Assembly (NCBI GenBank): GCA_036403235.1
Contig: DASWRI010000044.1
Span: forward strand, 6,193-70,192
DNA from: Pyrinomonadaceae bacterium
GTDB lineage: Bacteria; Acidobacteriota; Blastocatellia; Pyrinomonadales; Pyrinomonadaceae
DNA: 64,000 nucleotides
Reading direction: 5' to 3'
In this document: one piece after another, positions 8,100-16,657 of the stretch
Numbering within the stretch: position 1 is the stretch's first letter
How the letters are laid out: every line of letters starts with the position of its first letter
Position numbers and translations under genes: made by a program
Notes under the pieces: generated by a model
Databases searched by the model: none
What the model saw: the letters and a program-made list of their open reading frames with translations, nothing else
What the model was told of the DNA's origin: nothing

Positions 8100-10076
8100 A
8101 TGAAAAAGATATTTTTATTAGCAATTTTCGCGCTCGTTTTCAGCGTGAATGCTTTCGCGCACGAAACTTTCAAGCTCGTCAGCAGCGAAAATAAAACTCT
8201 GAAATTGGAGGATTTGATAAAAATCGAGGCGCAGCGAACGCTCGGCAAAATAGATAAAACAAATCTGACTTTTACGGAAAAAGAAATTCGTCTGGTCGTT
8301 TTGACCGGCCCGGAAGACGATATGCTTTCTTACCGCATTCAGGGCGTCAGAAACCCGAATTTAGTCGTCCCGACGGGCGCAACGCTGAAGATTTTATTCG
8401 TTAATATGGACGAAGACATGCGCCACGATATTCGTTTCGGCCACGTCGAAGGCGATTTTCCGGTCGCGCCGGAAATCAAGGAGACGGCCGGAAGCGAGAG
8501 ATTAACCGCTAAATCCGAAGACGGAGTTTTGCAGGCGGAAGAAATCGTCATTCAGTCAATCGAAGACGGAGCTTATAAATATTTCTGTTCCGTCAGAGGA
8601 CACGCCAAAGGCGGAATGTGGGGAAATATTCTGGTAAACGTCAAACCCGGCGCTGATTTGAAAAAAGCCGAGAAAACCGTTCACGTTCATACCGCAGATG
8701 AAGATATGGATATGAACGAAAAAAAGACGGACGAAAAAAAATCAAACGACAATATGAAGGACATGAAAATGGACGATAAAAAGCCCAGTGATATGTCCGA
8801 CATGAAAATGGATGATAAAAAGTCCGACGATATGCCCGGTATGAATATGTCGAGCAGCAAAATGGTAATGTCCTCGGTTACCGACATCAATTCTCCGATG
8901 ACGCGCGAGAGTTCCGGCACTTCCTGGGTGCCGGACTCGACGCCGATGTATGCGACGACGAAGATGTTCAAAGACGGCGGAATGTTGATGTTTCACGGCA
9001 ATATGTTTCTGCGCTATACAAATGTCGGGTCGAGCCGCGATTTTAGCGTCGGCGGCAGAGGCGATAATGAAAGATTCGACGCGCCGTCGATGTTTATGTT
9101 GATGTATTCAAAGCCTTTAAGCGGGAAATCGCAAATCGGTTTGCGCGCGATGCTGAGTCTCGACCCGATTATCGAGCGCGGCTTCGGTTATCCGCTGCTT
9201 TATCAATCGGGCGAAAGTTTTCGCGGCGAGCCGATTCACGACCGCCAGCACCCGCACGATTTTGTTAGCGAGCTTTCGGCGACATATTCTTATAAAATTA
9301 ACGACAAGCAATCATTTTTCTTTTACGCCGGTTATCCGGGCGAACCCGCGCTCGGCCCGCCGACCTTTATGCACCGGTTTTCGGCCATGAACAACCCGGA
9401 CGCGCCGCTTTCGCATCACTGGCAGGATTCGACGCACATCACTTTCGGCGTTTTGACGGCGGGCTACAATTTCGGAAAATTCAAGCTTGAAGCGAGCGCG
9501 TTCAAAGGCCGCGAGCCGAACGAAAATCGCTGGGATTTCGACGCGCCGAAGCTCGATTCTTTCAGCGGCCGGCTTTCTTTTAATCCGACAAAAGAATGGG
9601 CCTTTCAAATTTCTTACGGTTATCTGAAAAATCCCGAACCGGGCGAGCCGGACTTGAAAATTTTAAGACGCACGACCGCTTCGGCAATTTACAATAAAAA
9701 ATTCAGCGACACAAAAAACTGGGCCAGTAGTTTTGTCTGGGGACAAAATTACGGAAACGGCGAGCGCACCAATGCTTTTCTGTTCGAGTCGGATTTTACA
9801 TTCGATAAAAATTCGATTTTCGGGCGCGTCGAAAGAGTGCAGAAATCCGGTCACGAACTCGTTTTGGACGAAATCGACCACGATAAAATCTTTTGGGTCG
9901 GCGGCTATTCAATCGGTTATCTGCGCGAGCTTTATAAAAACAAAAATTGGAACGTCGGGCTCGGCGCACAGGCTACTCTTTATCAAAATTCAATCGGATT
10001 AGTTTCGTATTACGGCGGCACGAATCATCAGGGCTGGCAGGTATTTCTGCGCATTCACTCTTCGATGATGAATTAA
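8100..10076 (+). CDS. cupredoxin / Met-rich linker / outer-membrane beta-barrel fusion protein
   Basis: Signal peptide. Type-1 copper-like ligand spacing C-x4-H-x4-M in YKYFCSVRGHAKGGMWGNILV. Two 39-bp tandem repeats encode DMKMDDKK(P/S)xDM (8760-8837). C-terminal roughly 390 aa has beta-barrel-like alternation. Confidence 0.7.
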   Translation: MKKIFLLAIFALVFSVNAFAHETFKLVSSENKTLKLEDLIKIEAQRTLGKIDKTNLTFTEKEIRLVVLTGPEDDMLSYRIQGVRNPNLVVPTGATLKILFVNMDEDMRHDIRFGHVEGDFPVAPEIKETAGSERLTAKSEDGVLQAEEIVIQSIEDGAYKYFCSVRGHAKGGMWGNILVNVKPGADLKKAEKTVHVHTADEDMDMNEKKTDEKKSNDNMKDMKMDDKKPSDMSDMKMDDKKSDDMPGMNMSSSKMVMSSVTDINSPMTRESSGTSWVPDSTPMYATTKMFKDGGMLMFHGNMFLRYTNVGSSRDFSVGGRGDNERFDAPSMFMLMYSKPLSGKSQIGLRAMLSLDPIIERGFGYPLLYQSGESFRGEPIHDRQHPHDFVSELSATYSYKINDKQSFFFYAGYPGEPALGPPTFMHRFSAMNNPDAPLSHHWQDSTHITFGVLTAGYNFGKFKLEASAFKGREPNENRWDFDAPKLDSFSGRLSFNPTKEWAFQISYGYLKNPEPGEPDLKILRRTTASAIYNKKFSDTKNWASSFVWGQNYGNGERTNAFLFESDFTFDKNSIFGRVERVQKSGHELVLDEIDHDKIFWVGGYSIGYLRELYKNKNWNVGLGAQATLYQNSIGLVSYYGGTNHQGWQVFLRIHSSMMN

Positions 10077-10121
10077 TATCGGATTAAAAAGCGTTTTCGT
10101 GAGGATGAGCAAACTGCTAAT

Positions 10122-10157
10122 AAAAAAAAGAGCGTCTTGATTGATGCTCTTTTTTTT
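10122..10157. terminator. bidirectional rho-independent terminator
   Basis: A8 tract, stem aagagcgtc/gatgctctt (one G-U pair), 6-nt loop, T8 tract. Lies between convergent genes. Confidence 0.65.
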
Positions 10158-10193
10158 GAACTTAGCTGTGCCGGATTATTGCTTCTGAACAGT

Positions 10194-12464
10194 TTATCTT
10201 AATTTTTCGAGACGGCGGCCGATGTCGCGGTAATCGACGTTTTCGGCGTAGATTTTTTCGAAATATTCGATTGCCTTTTCGTTGTCGCCGCCCGTTTCAT
10301 ACGCGTTGGCGATTTCATAAAAGAGCGCCTGCTTTTCTTCATCGTTCAAATCATTGACTTCGAAAGCGCGCCGATACCACATCAGAGCGAGATTCGGCAT
10401 CGCTTTTTCCATAAAACAATGGCCGAGAAGCGTTGCGCACTGGAAAAAACAGCGCGTTCGGTCGTTTGGCTTGACGAGATTGATGGCGTCCTGAAATTCG
10501 CGAATGGAATCTTCCATCAAGCCCATTTCCTTGTAGGCGATGGCCATGTGGTAATGCGTTTCGTAATCGCCCGTCGCTGCCGGCTCGGTTTCTTCAAAAC
10601 CGAGGTCGGTTTTGAATTCGCTTAGAATGTCGAATCTTTTCGCGTCCGTCACGGCTTGTGTCGTGTCTTCAGCCGTATCTTCAGCCGTATCTTCTATTGC
10701 GGCTTCCGTTGCGTCTTCGGCGACAACTTCTTCGGAAATTTCCGGTCGTTTGGATTTTTTCTTTTTCTTCGGTTTGCTTTTGGCGGCGAGCGTTTGCAGC
10801 GAATCGTCCAGTTGCAGGCGAAGCTCGGCTAATTCGTGCCGGTTTCCGAATTCTTCTTCGAGCGTGTTCAGCGTTTTTTCGGCTAATTCCTTATAGCCCT
10901 GCGCGATGTAAAACTCGACGCTCTCGACTTCCTGCACGAGTCTTACTGCGTCGGCCGGTTTCAGCTCGGCATTTTCAGATTCATCATCGTCGATTTCTTC
11001 GTCGCTGCGTGTTTTTTCGACGGCGCCGTCAACGATATATTCGTCAAAGCCGTCGCCTGCGAACGCAAATCCGTTTTCGCTTTTGTGCGAGCCGTTATGA
11101 TTTGTCTCGACGCCGAAATCCGCGCCGGAAAAATCGAAATCCGTGCTGAATTCGCCAAAGTTTCCATCAAAAGCCTGCCCGTTGCCGTTGGTCTGGTCGT
11201 TTAAATCGAAGCTTTCAAATTTCGGAGCGTCTTCGGTCAAATTCCCGGCGACCAGCACCGGCTCCAAATCAGTTTCCGGCAGACCGTATTCGGCTTTAAT
11301 TTCCTGCAGGCGCTGCGCGTATGCGGTTTCGTGCGGCGCAATCATGACGAGCTGCGAGAGCGCGTATCTTTCGTCGTCGACCGACTCGTTATGACGCGCG
11401 ATTTCGGCCAGCGTTTCCAGCGATTTTCTTAATTCGGACTCGTCCCGATGCCAGCCGTAATAGCGAACCGAAAGCCGCAAAGCATCGAGATGCTCCGGAT
11501 TTCTCGCCAGAATTTCGTTTGTCCAGTGGAGAAATTCCTCGGACTGCCCGCCGACCAGAAGATGCTCGGAAGACATCGAGAGAAGCCTCGACGCCGAATC
11601 CAAATCGTTTTTCTTCAGGTAAACTTCGACGAGTTCTAAAAATTTCGGGTAATTCGAAGGCTCATGCTCGACGAGCTTGATAATCGCGCGCTCGGCCTCC
11701 TGCGGATTGTCGGTTTCGATGTAGCAGTCAATCAATAGAAACAGAACTTCGCGATTATAAGGCTGCTCGACAAGAATATCTTCGAGAATTTTGGCCGCTT
11801 CCTCGGCGTAGTCGAGCTTTATCTGCGCGTTGACGTAGCCTTTCAGCGTCGGCAAATCGTAGCGGTTTACTTCCAAAGCTTTGGAAAAGGCGGTCAAAGC
11901 CGGTTCGTACTGTTTTTGCGCCGAAAGTCTCAGCCCGGCTTCCGAAAAAGCCTTTGCGGCTTCGTCCTTTTGATTTTCCTGCCAGTAAATATCGGCGATT
12001 TTCAGATAGATGCCCGTATCGTGCGAGTCGAGCTCGGCAATCTGTTTCCAAATCGCCAGCGCCTCGATTTTTTGTCCTTTGCGCTGATATTCTTCCGCCA
12101 GAGTCGTGTAGTGCGTGCGCGCTTCGGCAAACGAGCCTTTAGATTTGTATAAATGCGCGAGCTTGGCCGAAACTTCCATCGAATCGGGCTTGAGCCGCGA
12201 AATCTTGTTATAGACGGCAATCGCTTTTTGCGAAAATCCCTGAGTGTTGTAATGCTCGGCGACCTCCGTAAAACAGCTGACGGCTTCCTGCTGCTCGGAA
12301 TTTTTTATATACAAATCGCCGAGAATATTGAGCGTACCAAAATCCTTCGGGTCGTTTTCGACCACACGCTTGTATTCGCTAATCGCCGCCCGAATCTTGC
12401 CTTGTGCAAGAAATCGCTCAGCGTTTCGCATTGCTTTTATTTTATCGAAACTCATTGTGAACAA
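10194..12464 (-). CDS. TPR-repeat protein with acidic low-complexity linker
   Basis: 756 aa. Multiple 34-aa TPR-like helices at both ends. Central Asp/Glu-rich region (EDTAEDTAEDT) and a KKKKKSKR patch. Confidence 0.8.
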   Translation of the reverse strand: MFTMSFDKIKAMRNAERFLAQGKIRAAISEYKRVVENDPKDFGTLNILGDLYIKNSEQQEAVSCFTEVAEHYNTQGFSQKAIAVYNKISRLKPDSMEVSAKLAHLYKSKGSFAEARTHYTTLAEEYQRKGQKIEALAIWKQIAELDSHDTGIYLKIADIYWQENQKDEAAKAFSEAGLRLSAQKQYEPALTAFSKALEVNRYDLPTLKGYVNAQIKLDYAEEAAKILEDILVEQPYNREVLFLLIDCYIETDNPQEAERAIIKLVEHEPSNYPKFLELVEVYLKKNDLDSASRLLSMSSEHLLVGGQSEEFLHWTNEILARNPEHLDALRLSVRYYGWHRDESELRKSLETLAEIARHNESVDDERYALSQLVMIAPHETAYAQRLQEIKAEYGLPETDLEPVLVAGNLTEDAPKFESFDLNDQTNGNGQAFDGNFGEFSTDFDFSGADFGVETNHNGSHKSENGFAFAGDGFDEYIVDGAVEKTRSDEEIDDDESENAELKPADAVRLVQEVESVEFYIAQGYKELAEKTLNTLEEEFGNRHELAELRLQLDDSLQTLAAKSKPKKKKKSKRPEISEEVVAEDATEAAIEDTAEDTAEDTTQAVTDAKRFDILSEFKTDLGFEETEPAATGDYETHYHMAIAYKEMGLMEDSIREFQDAINLVKPNDRTRCFFQCATLLGHCFMEKAMPNLALMWYRRAFEVNDLNDEEKQALFYEIANAYETGGDNEKAIEYFEKIYAENVDYRDIGRRLEKLR

Positions 12465-12675
12465 AATGAAATCAGAATCCGAACGTTTGATAAGAAAAAG
12501 AATATTATCGAAGAGGTGGACGGCAATCTTAGCTAAACTGCCAAATTTAAGCTAACATGTTCCGGTAATTTATGTCAACGTGTTTTAACAATATTTGTTA
12601 TTTTTAACGTAAAATTTTTGTAAATTCTCAACTTTGATTTTTGCAGCGTAATTTTTTAGTCTAATTCTTTGTCAA

Positions 12676-12744
12676 AGTCTGGAGTCTCAAGTCTGAGGTC
12701 TTGAGTCAAAGATTTTCCGACTTGAGACTTCAGACTTGAGACTC
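12676..12744. repeat. heptamer-word inverted repeat, AGTCTNA family
   Basis: agtctggagtctcaagtctgaggtcttgagtc, then an 11-nt loop, then gacttgagacttcagacttgagactc. Ends 10 nt before ATG 12755. Confidence 0.8.
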
Positions 12745-12754
12745 GATTTTATTT

Positions 12755-13798
12755 ATGAAAGCTTTAATTTTAGCCGGAGGAAAAGGCACGCGGCTGCGGC
12801 CTCTGACGGTTTACACGCCGAAACCGGTTGTCCCGTTTTTGAATCAGCCGTTTCTGCTTTACCAGATAAATATTCTGCGTCGCGCGGGGATAAAGGATAT
12901 TACGCTGTCTTTGAGTTATCAGCCCGACAAAATCGAGCAGGTTTTGGGCGACGGTTCTGATTTCGACGTTAATTTGAGCTTTGTCACCGAACCGTCGCCG
13001 ATGGGCACGGGCGGCGCATATAAATACGCGGCGGACGGATTCCGCGAAACGACCGTAGTTTTTAACGGCGATATTTTAACTGACGTCGATATTGCAAAAG
13101 TCATCGAGTTTCACCGCGAAAAAAAAGCGGAAGCGACGATTGTTTTGACGCCGGTCGAAAATCCTTCGGCTTACGGTCTGGTCGAAACCGAGGCCGACGG
13201 ACGCGTTTTGCGTTTTCGCGAAAAACCGAAGCCCGAGGAACTGGACGAACTGACGACGAATAACATCAACGCCGGAATTTACGTTTTGGAGCCGACCGTT
13301 CTCGGCATTATCCCGAAAGGCGAAAACCGTTCGTTTGAATACAACGTCTTTCCGGATTTACTCGAAAAGCAGAAGGCTTTTTACGCCTACGTTTTGCAAA
13401 AAAACTACTGGCGCGACATCGGCACGCCGAAAAGCTACCTGGACGCGCACCAGGATTTTTTCGCCGGAAAAATAAAAAATTTCGAGATTAAAAATAAATC
13501 CGCCGGTGCCGACATTTCGCACAAAGCTTCGGTCGATAAAAACTCGGTCATCGCCGACGAATGCGTCATCAAGCCGGGCGCGCGCATTACAAATTCGGTA
13601 ATCGGCGCGGGCGTCCACATCGAGGAAAAAGCAATCGTCGAAAATTCCGTCATCTGGGCGCACACGCGCATCTCGGCCGCCGCGCACATCACCAACGCAA
13701 TCATCGGCCGGAGCTGCTACATCGGCAAAAACGCGACGGTCGGCGCAGGCGTCGTTCTCGGAGACAAAACTTCTCTGACCGATTACACAAAAGTCTGA
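12755..13798 (+). CDS. sugar-1-phosphate nucleotidyltransferase (mannose-1-P guanylyltransferase-like) with C-terminal left-handed beta-helix
   Basis: MKALILAGGKGTRLRPLT signature. Hexapeptide repeats near the C-terminus. Confidence 0.85.
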   Translation: MKALILAGGKGTRLRPLTVYTPKPVVPFLNQPFLLYQINILRRAGIKDITLSLSYQPDKIEQVLGDGSDFDVNLSFVTEPSPMGTGGAYKYAADGFRETTVVFNGDILTDVDIAKVIEFHREKKAEATIVLTPVENPSAYGLVETEADGRVLRFREKPKPEELDELTTNNINAGIYVLEPTVLGIIPKGENRSFEYNVFPDLLEKQKAFYAYVLQKNYWRDIGTPKSYLDAHQDFFAGKIKNFEIKNKSAGADISHKASVDKNSVIADECVIKPGARITNSVIGAGVHIEEKAIVENSVIWAHTRISAAAHITNAIIGRSCYIGKNATVGAGVVLGDKTSLTDYTKV

Positions 13799-13821
13799 AG
13801 ATTTGGTTTAAGAATCTAAAT

Positions 13822-13861
13822 AAAAAACTCTCCTACTTATTAAAAGGGAAGGGAGTTTTTT
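13822..13861 (+). terminator. rho-independent terminator candidate
   Basis: A-tract, aactctc ... gggagtt stem (one G-U pair), T6 tract. Confidence 0.45.
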
Positions 13862-14028
13862 GAGTTATGACGTCCGGCGCTTCTGTTTGATTTAGATACA
13901 GTCGCTTGTATCGATACAAAGCGACCGCTCCGACTTTTTTCTTTTATTTCCTTATATTTCCGTAGTTTCAGGCGAGGCACGAATTTTGCAAAAATACGAG
14001 TAAAATTTTGCAGTAAAGGTGCGACTAT

Positions 14029-15174
14029 ATGAAATCAAACAACACAGTAGAAAAACTTTTGAGCTTTGAGCCGGCCGGCTTTCCGTTCATTTCGCTTTAT
14101 TTGAATACCGAGCCGAATGAAAACGGGCAATTTAATTTTAATGTTTTCGCCAGAAAACAGTTGAGCGAATACGCTGATAATTTCGAGGCCGAATCGAGCG
14201 AGCGCGAAAGTTTTGACCGCGACGCCGAGCGCATTCTCGAATATCTCGGAAATATAAAGCCGACGACCAAGGGCGCGGCGATTTTTGCCTGCGCGGGCGC
14301 GGGCGATTTTTTTCTGACGCGCGAATTTAACGTGCCTTTTGAGGAAGACTACTTTTTCGTTTTCGACAAGCCGTATATTTTCCCGCTGACGCGCCTGCTT
14401 GAGCAAAACCCGATGTTTGCGGTAGTTTTGGCGGACACGAATGCGGCCAATATCTACACGTTCAAGCGCGGGCACGTTATCGACCAGGAAGAAATTCAAA
14501 ACGAAAAAACAAAGCGCGTTGCCGCCGGCGGCTGGTCGCAGCAGCGTTACCAGCGCAGCGTCGAAAACTTTCACCAGCAGCACGCCAAAGATATTGTCGA
14601 AGAGCTCGAAAAAATCGTGCGCGACGAACATCTCGACCAAATCGTTCTCTCCGGCGACGAGGCCGTCATCATTCCGCTTCTGCGCGCCGAGATGTCGAAA
14701 GAACTCGACGAAAAAGTAGTCGAAGTCTTGAGTCTCAACATAAATACGCCCGAGCACGAATTGATGGAAGCCGCCGAGCAGGCGATTTTCCAGAATCAAA
14801 CGCTAATCGATAAGGAAAAAGTCGACAATCTTTTCGAGCAGAATTACGACGACGGATTCGGCGTCACGGGCGTCGAAAAAACACTCGCGGCGCTCGCTAA
14901 CGGGCAGGTGCAGGAGCTTTATATCAGCGCCGATTTCGACAAAATCGAATACGACGCGAAACAGGTTTACAAAATTTTGAGCGCCTACGCGCCCGGCGAA
15001 GACGGCGAAGTTCCCGACATCCGCCGGCAGGGAAAGGTCGTCGACGAGCTGCTTCGCCGCGCCATCGAATCGGCCGACAGCATCAGATTTATCAAGGACG
15101 AAAATCTTCTGAGCGAAGTCGGCGGCGTCGGCGCGCTTTTAAGATACAAAATTGCCAAAGGACAAAACGTATGA
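14029..15174 (+). CDS. Vms1/ANKZF1-like (VLRF1 / bacterial eRF1-like) family protein
   Basis: 381 aa. The loop AAGGWSQQRYQR resembles the GG-x-SQ-x-R-x-x-R catalytic-Gln loop of the Vms1/eRF1-like fold. C-terminal region is eRF1 domain-3-like. Confidence 0.55.
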   Translation: MKSNNTVEKLLSFEPAGFPFISLYLNTEPNENGQFNFNVFARKQLSEYADNFEAESSERESFDRDAERILEYLGNIKPTTKGAAIFACAGAGDFFLTREFNVPFEEDYFFVFDKPYIFPLTRLLEQNPMFAVVLADTNAANIYTFKRGHVIDQEEIQNEKTKRVAAGGWSQQRYQRSVENFHQQHAKDIVEELEKIVRDEHLDQIVLSGDEAVIIPLLRAEMSKELDEKVVEVLSLNINTPEHELMEAAEQAIFQNQTLIDKEKVDNLFEQNYDDGFGVTGVEKTLAALANGQVQELYISADFDKIEYDAKQVYKILSAYAPGEDGEVPDIRRQGKVVDELLRRAIESADSIRFIKDENLLSEVGGVGALLRYKIAKGQNV

Positions 15175-15320
15175 GCGAAAAGAAAAGACAGAAAAAAGAC
15201 GGCGAGGGCAAAAACAAGAATAATCAGCGAATGCGCGCCGCCAATGATAAAGACACGGGCGCGAAAAACGGCATCGATACCCGCGAGGACGATAAATCGG
15301 CGGGAAAATCGAAAAATTAG
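15171..15320 (+). CDS. 49-aa highly charged microprotein candidate, translationally coupled
   Basis: ATG 15171 overlaps the upstream TGA (ATGA). Translation MSEKKRQKKDGEGKNKNNQRMRAANDKDTGAKNGIDTREDDKSAGKSKN. Below the ORF-track cutoff. A hairpin follows immediately. Confidence 0.3.
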   Translation: MSEKKRQKKDGEGKNKNNQRMRAANDKDTGAKNGIDTREDDKSAGKSKN

Positions 15321-15380
15321 CTGAAAAGTAAAAAATGAAAACTGAAAGGTGAAAACAACTTTCAGTTTTCATTTTTCAGC
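15320..15380. repeat. heptamer-word inverted repeat, TGAAAAN family
   Basis: gctgaaaa gtaaaaa atgaaaactgaaag, loop, then ctttcagttttcatttttcagc. The 5-prime arm carries exactly one extra heptamer relative to the 3-prime arm. Confidence 0.85.
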
Positions 15381-15417
15381 TCTCACTTCCTTCCGGTTTC
15401 GGTGATAAAATATTTCT

Positions 15418-16248
15418 ATGCCCGAATTGCCGGAAGTCGAACTCGTCGCACAATCGCTCAATAAACTCGTCTCAAGCCGAAAAATAATCGCCGCCGAACT
15501 TATCAGGGAACGGCTTGCACCGGAAAATTCGCCGTTGGATTTTGCCGGAAAATTAAAAGATTCGACGATAAATTTTGTTCACCGGCGCGGAAAGCACGTT
15601 TTATTTGATTTGAATAACGCGCGTACTTTAATCACGCATCTGCGAATGAGCGGGCGGTTTATGCTTTTGCCAATCGAGCGCGATTTGCCGAAGTTTGCGC
15701 ACGCGATTTTTTATCTCGAAGACGAGACCAGACTCGTTTTTCAAGACCAGAGACATTTCGGCTTGATGAAAATCGTCGAAACGGCGCGGCTTGCCGAAGC
15801 AAAAGAAATAAAAAAGCTTGCGCCCGAGCCTTTTTCCGAAGAATTCGATTTAAAATATTTTCGCGCCGTTTTAAAAACGTCGAAGCGCAGCTTGAAGGAA
15901 TTTCTGCTCGACCAGACAAAAGTTCTCGGTCTCGGCAACATATACGCGTCCGAAGCCTTGTTTCTCGCCCGCATCAATCCGCAAATTCCGGCCGATAAAG
16001 TTCCGGCGCGCAAGGCCTCGATTTTATTTGAAAAAATCCGCGAAATTCTCGCCGAATCAATCGCGCACGGCTCGACCTTAAACGTCAATCCGGAAAACAT
16101 CGACGGTAGCTATTATGGCGGCGGTTTCGAAAGTCGCTGGCGCGTTTACGACCGCGAAAAGGAAAACTGCGTCGCCTGCGCCACGCCGATTGCGCGCCTC
16201 AAACAAGGCGGGCGCTCAAGTTATTTCTGCCCGAAATGCCAGAAATGA
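15418..16248 (+). CDS. mutM: formamidopyrimidine-DNA glycosylase
   Basis: MPELPEVE N-terminus, H2TH region, and C-terminal zinc finger CVACATP...YFCPKC. Confidence 0.92.
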   Translation: MPELPEVELVAQSLNKLVSSRKIIAAELIRERLAPENSPLDFAGKLKDSTINFVHRRGKHVLFDLNNARTLITHLRMSGRFMLLPIERDLPKFAHAIFYLEDETRLVFQDQRHFGLMKIVETARLAEAKEIKKLAPEPFSEEFDLKYFRAVLKTSKRSLKEFLLDQTKVLGLGNIYASEALFLARINPQIPADKVPARKASILFEKIREILAESIAHGSTLNVNPENIDGSYYGGGFESRWRVYDREKENCVACATPIARLKQGGRSSYFCPKCQK

Positions 16249-16304
16249 GTCTAAAGTCGCAAGTCTAAGGTCGGAAAACAATTTTGACTTTGGACTTGCG
16301 ACTC
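16247..16304. repeat. heptamer-word inverted repeat, AGTCNNA family
   Basis: gagtctaaagtcgcaagtctaaggtc, loop, then gactttggacttgcgactc. Overlaps the mutM stop codon. Confidence 0.75.
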
Positions 16305-16455
16305 TTTTGAAAAGCGGTAACAAATGCGACGCCGCGAATTTTACGCACCGGCATCTGGAAATAAACGGCAAAAAAGCGGAGTATGAATTTTCGGCAAATT
16401 AAGCTCAGGCTATACGGAAAAACCGCGACGAAAACTAATTTCAAAGCGCTTTAAC

Positions 16456-16599
16456 TTGACAGTTTCAGGCGGAAACCGCATTATAAAATTTACTTTTCGT
16501 GGTGAGTTATAGCGACTTGCGACCACGTAAAATAAACTGCTAAACAGCGAACCGAAGAAAGTTTTAAAGAGTCTCGCTGTTTTGGCGAGATTTTTTTTT
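16456..16599 (+). promoter_or_regulatory. promoter plus leader with terminator/antiterminator alternative (unclassified riboswitch or attenuator candidate)
   Basis: TTGACA 16456-16461 with CATTAT/TATAAA downstream. Hairpin cgtggt...accacg. Terminator tctcgc (16572-16577) / gcgaga (16585-16590) plus T9. Competing 9-bp pairing aaacagcga (16542-16550) with tcgctgttt (16574-16582). Confidence 0.4.
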
Positions 16600-16600
16600 A

Positions 16601-16651
16601 GCCGTCAGCCGTCAGCGTTCAACTATCAATTTAAAACTGACTACTGACCAC
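16601..16651. repeat. heptamer-word inverted repeat, GCCGTCA/CTGACNA family (imperfect)
   Basis: gccgtca gccgtca gcg, an AT loop, then aactgactactgaccac, directly before ATG 16658. Confidence 0.55.
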
Positions 16652-16657
16652 AGATTT

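Noticed and set aside
10612-11149. Plus-strand ORFs with Ser/Ala/Val repeats (VSSAVSSAVSS) opposite the acidic linker of the TPR protein.
   Set aside because: This is the antisense reading of the low-complexity GAAGA/GACAC-rich acidic region (EDTAEDTAEDT). It is not independent coding.
12465-12675. Possible small RNA in the 290-bp AT-rich divergent region between the TPR gene and the nucleotidyltransferase gene.
   Set aside because: I found no stable structure or terminator apart from the AGTCT-word hairpin. The region is more simply explained as two divergent promoters.
16115-16402. 95-aa ORF overlapping the mutM 3-prime end and the following hairpin.
   Set aside because: It overlaps mutM out of frame and translates repeat sequence. 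It has no RBS.
16490-16600. Assigning the metH/metF-like leader to the SAM-I riboswitch class.
   Set aside because: I cannot find the SAM-I core (for example AUCnAGAG, GGGA...GCCC, GCAACC). It is reported only as an unclassified attenuator candidate.
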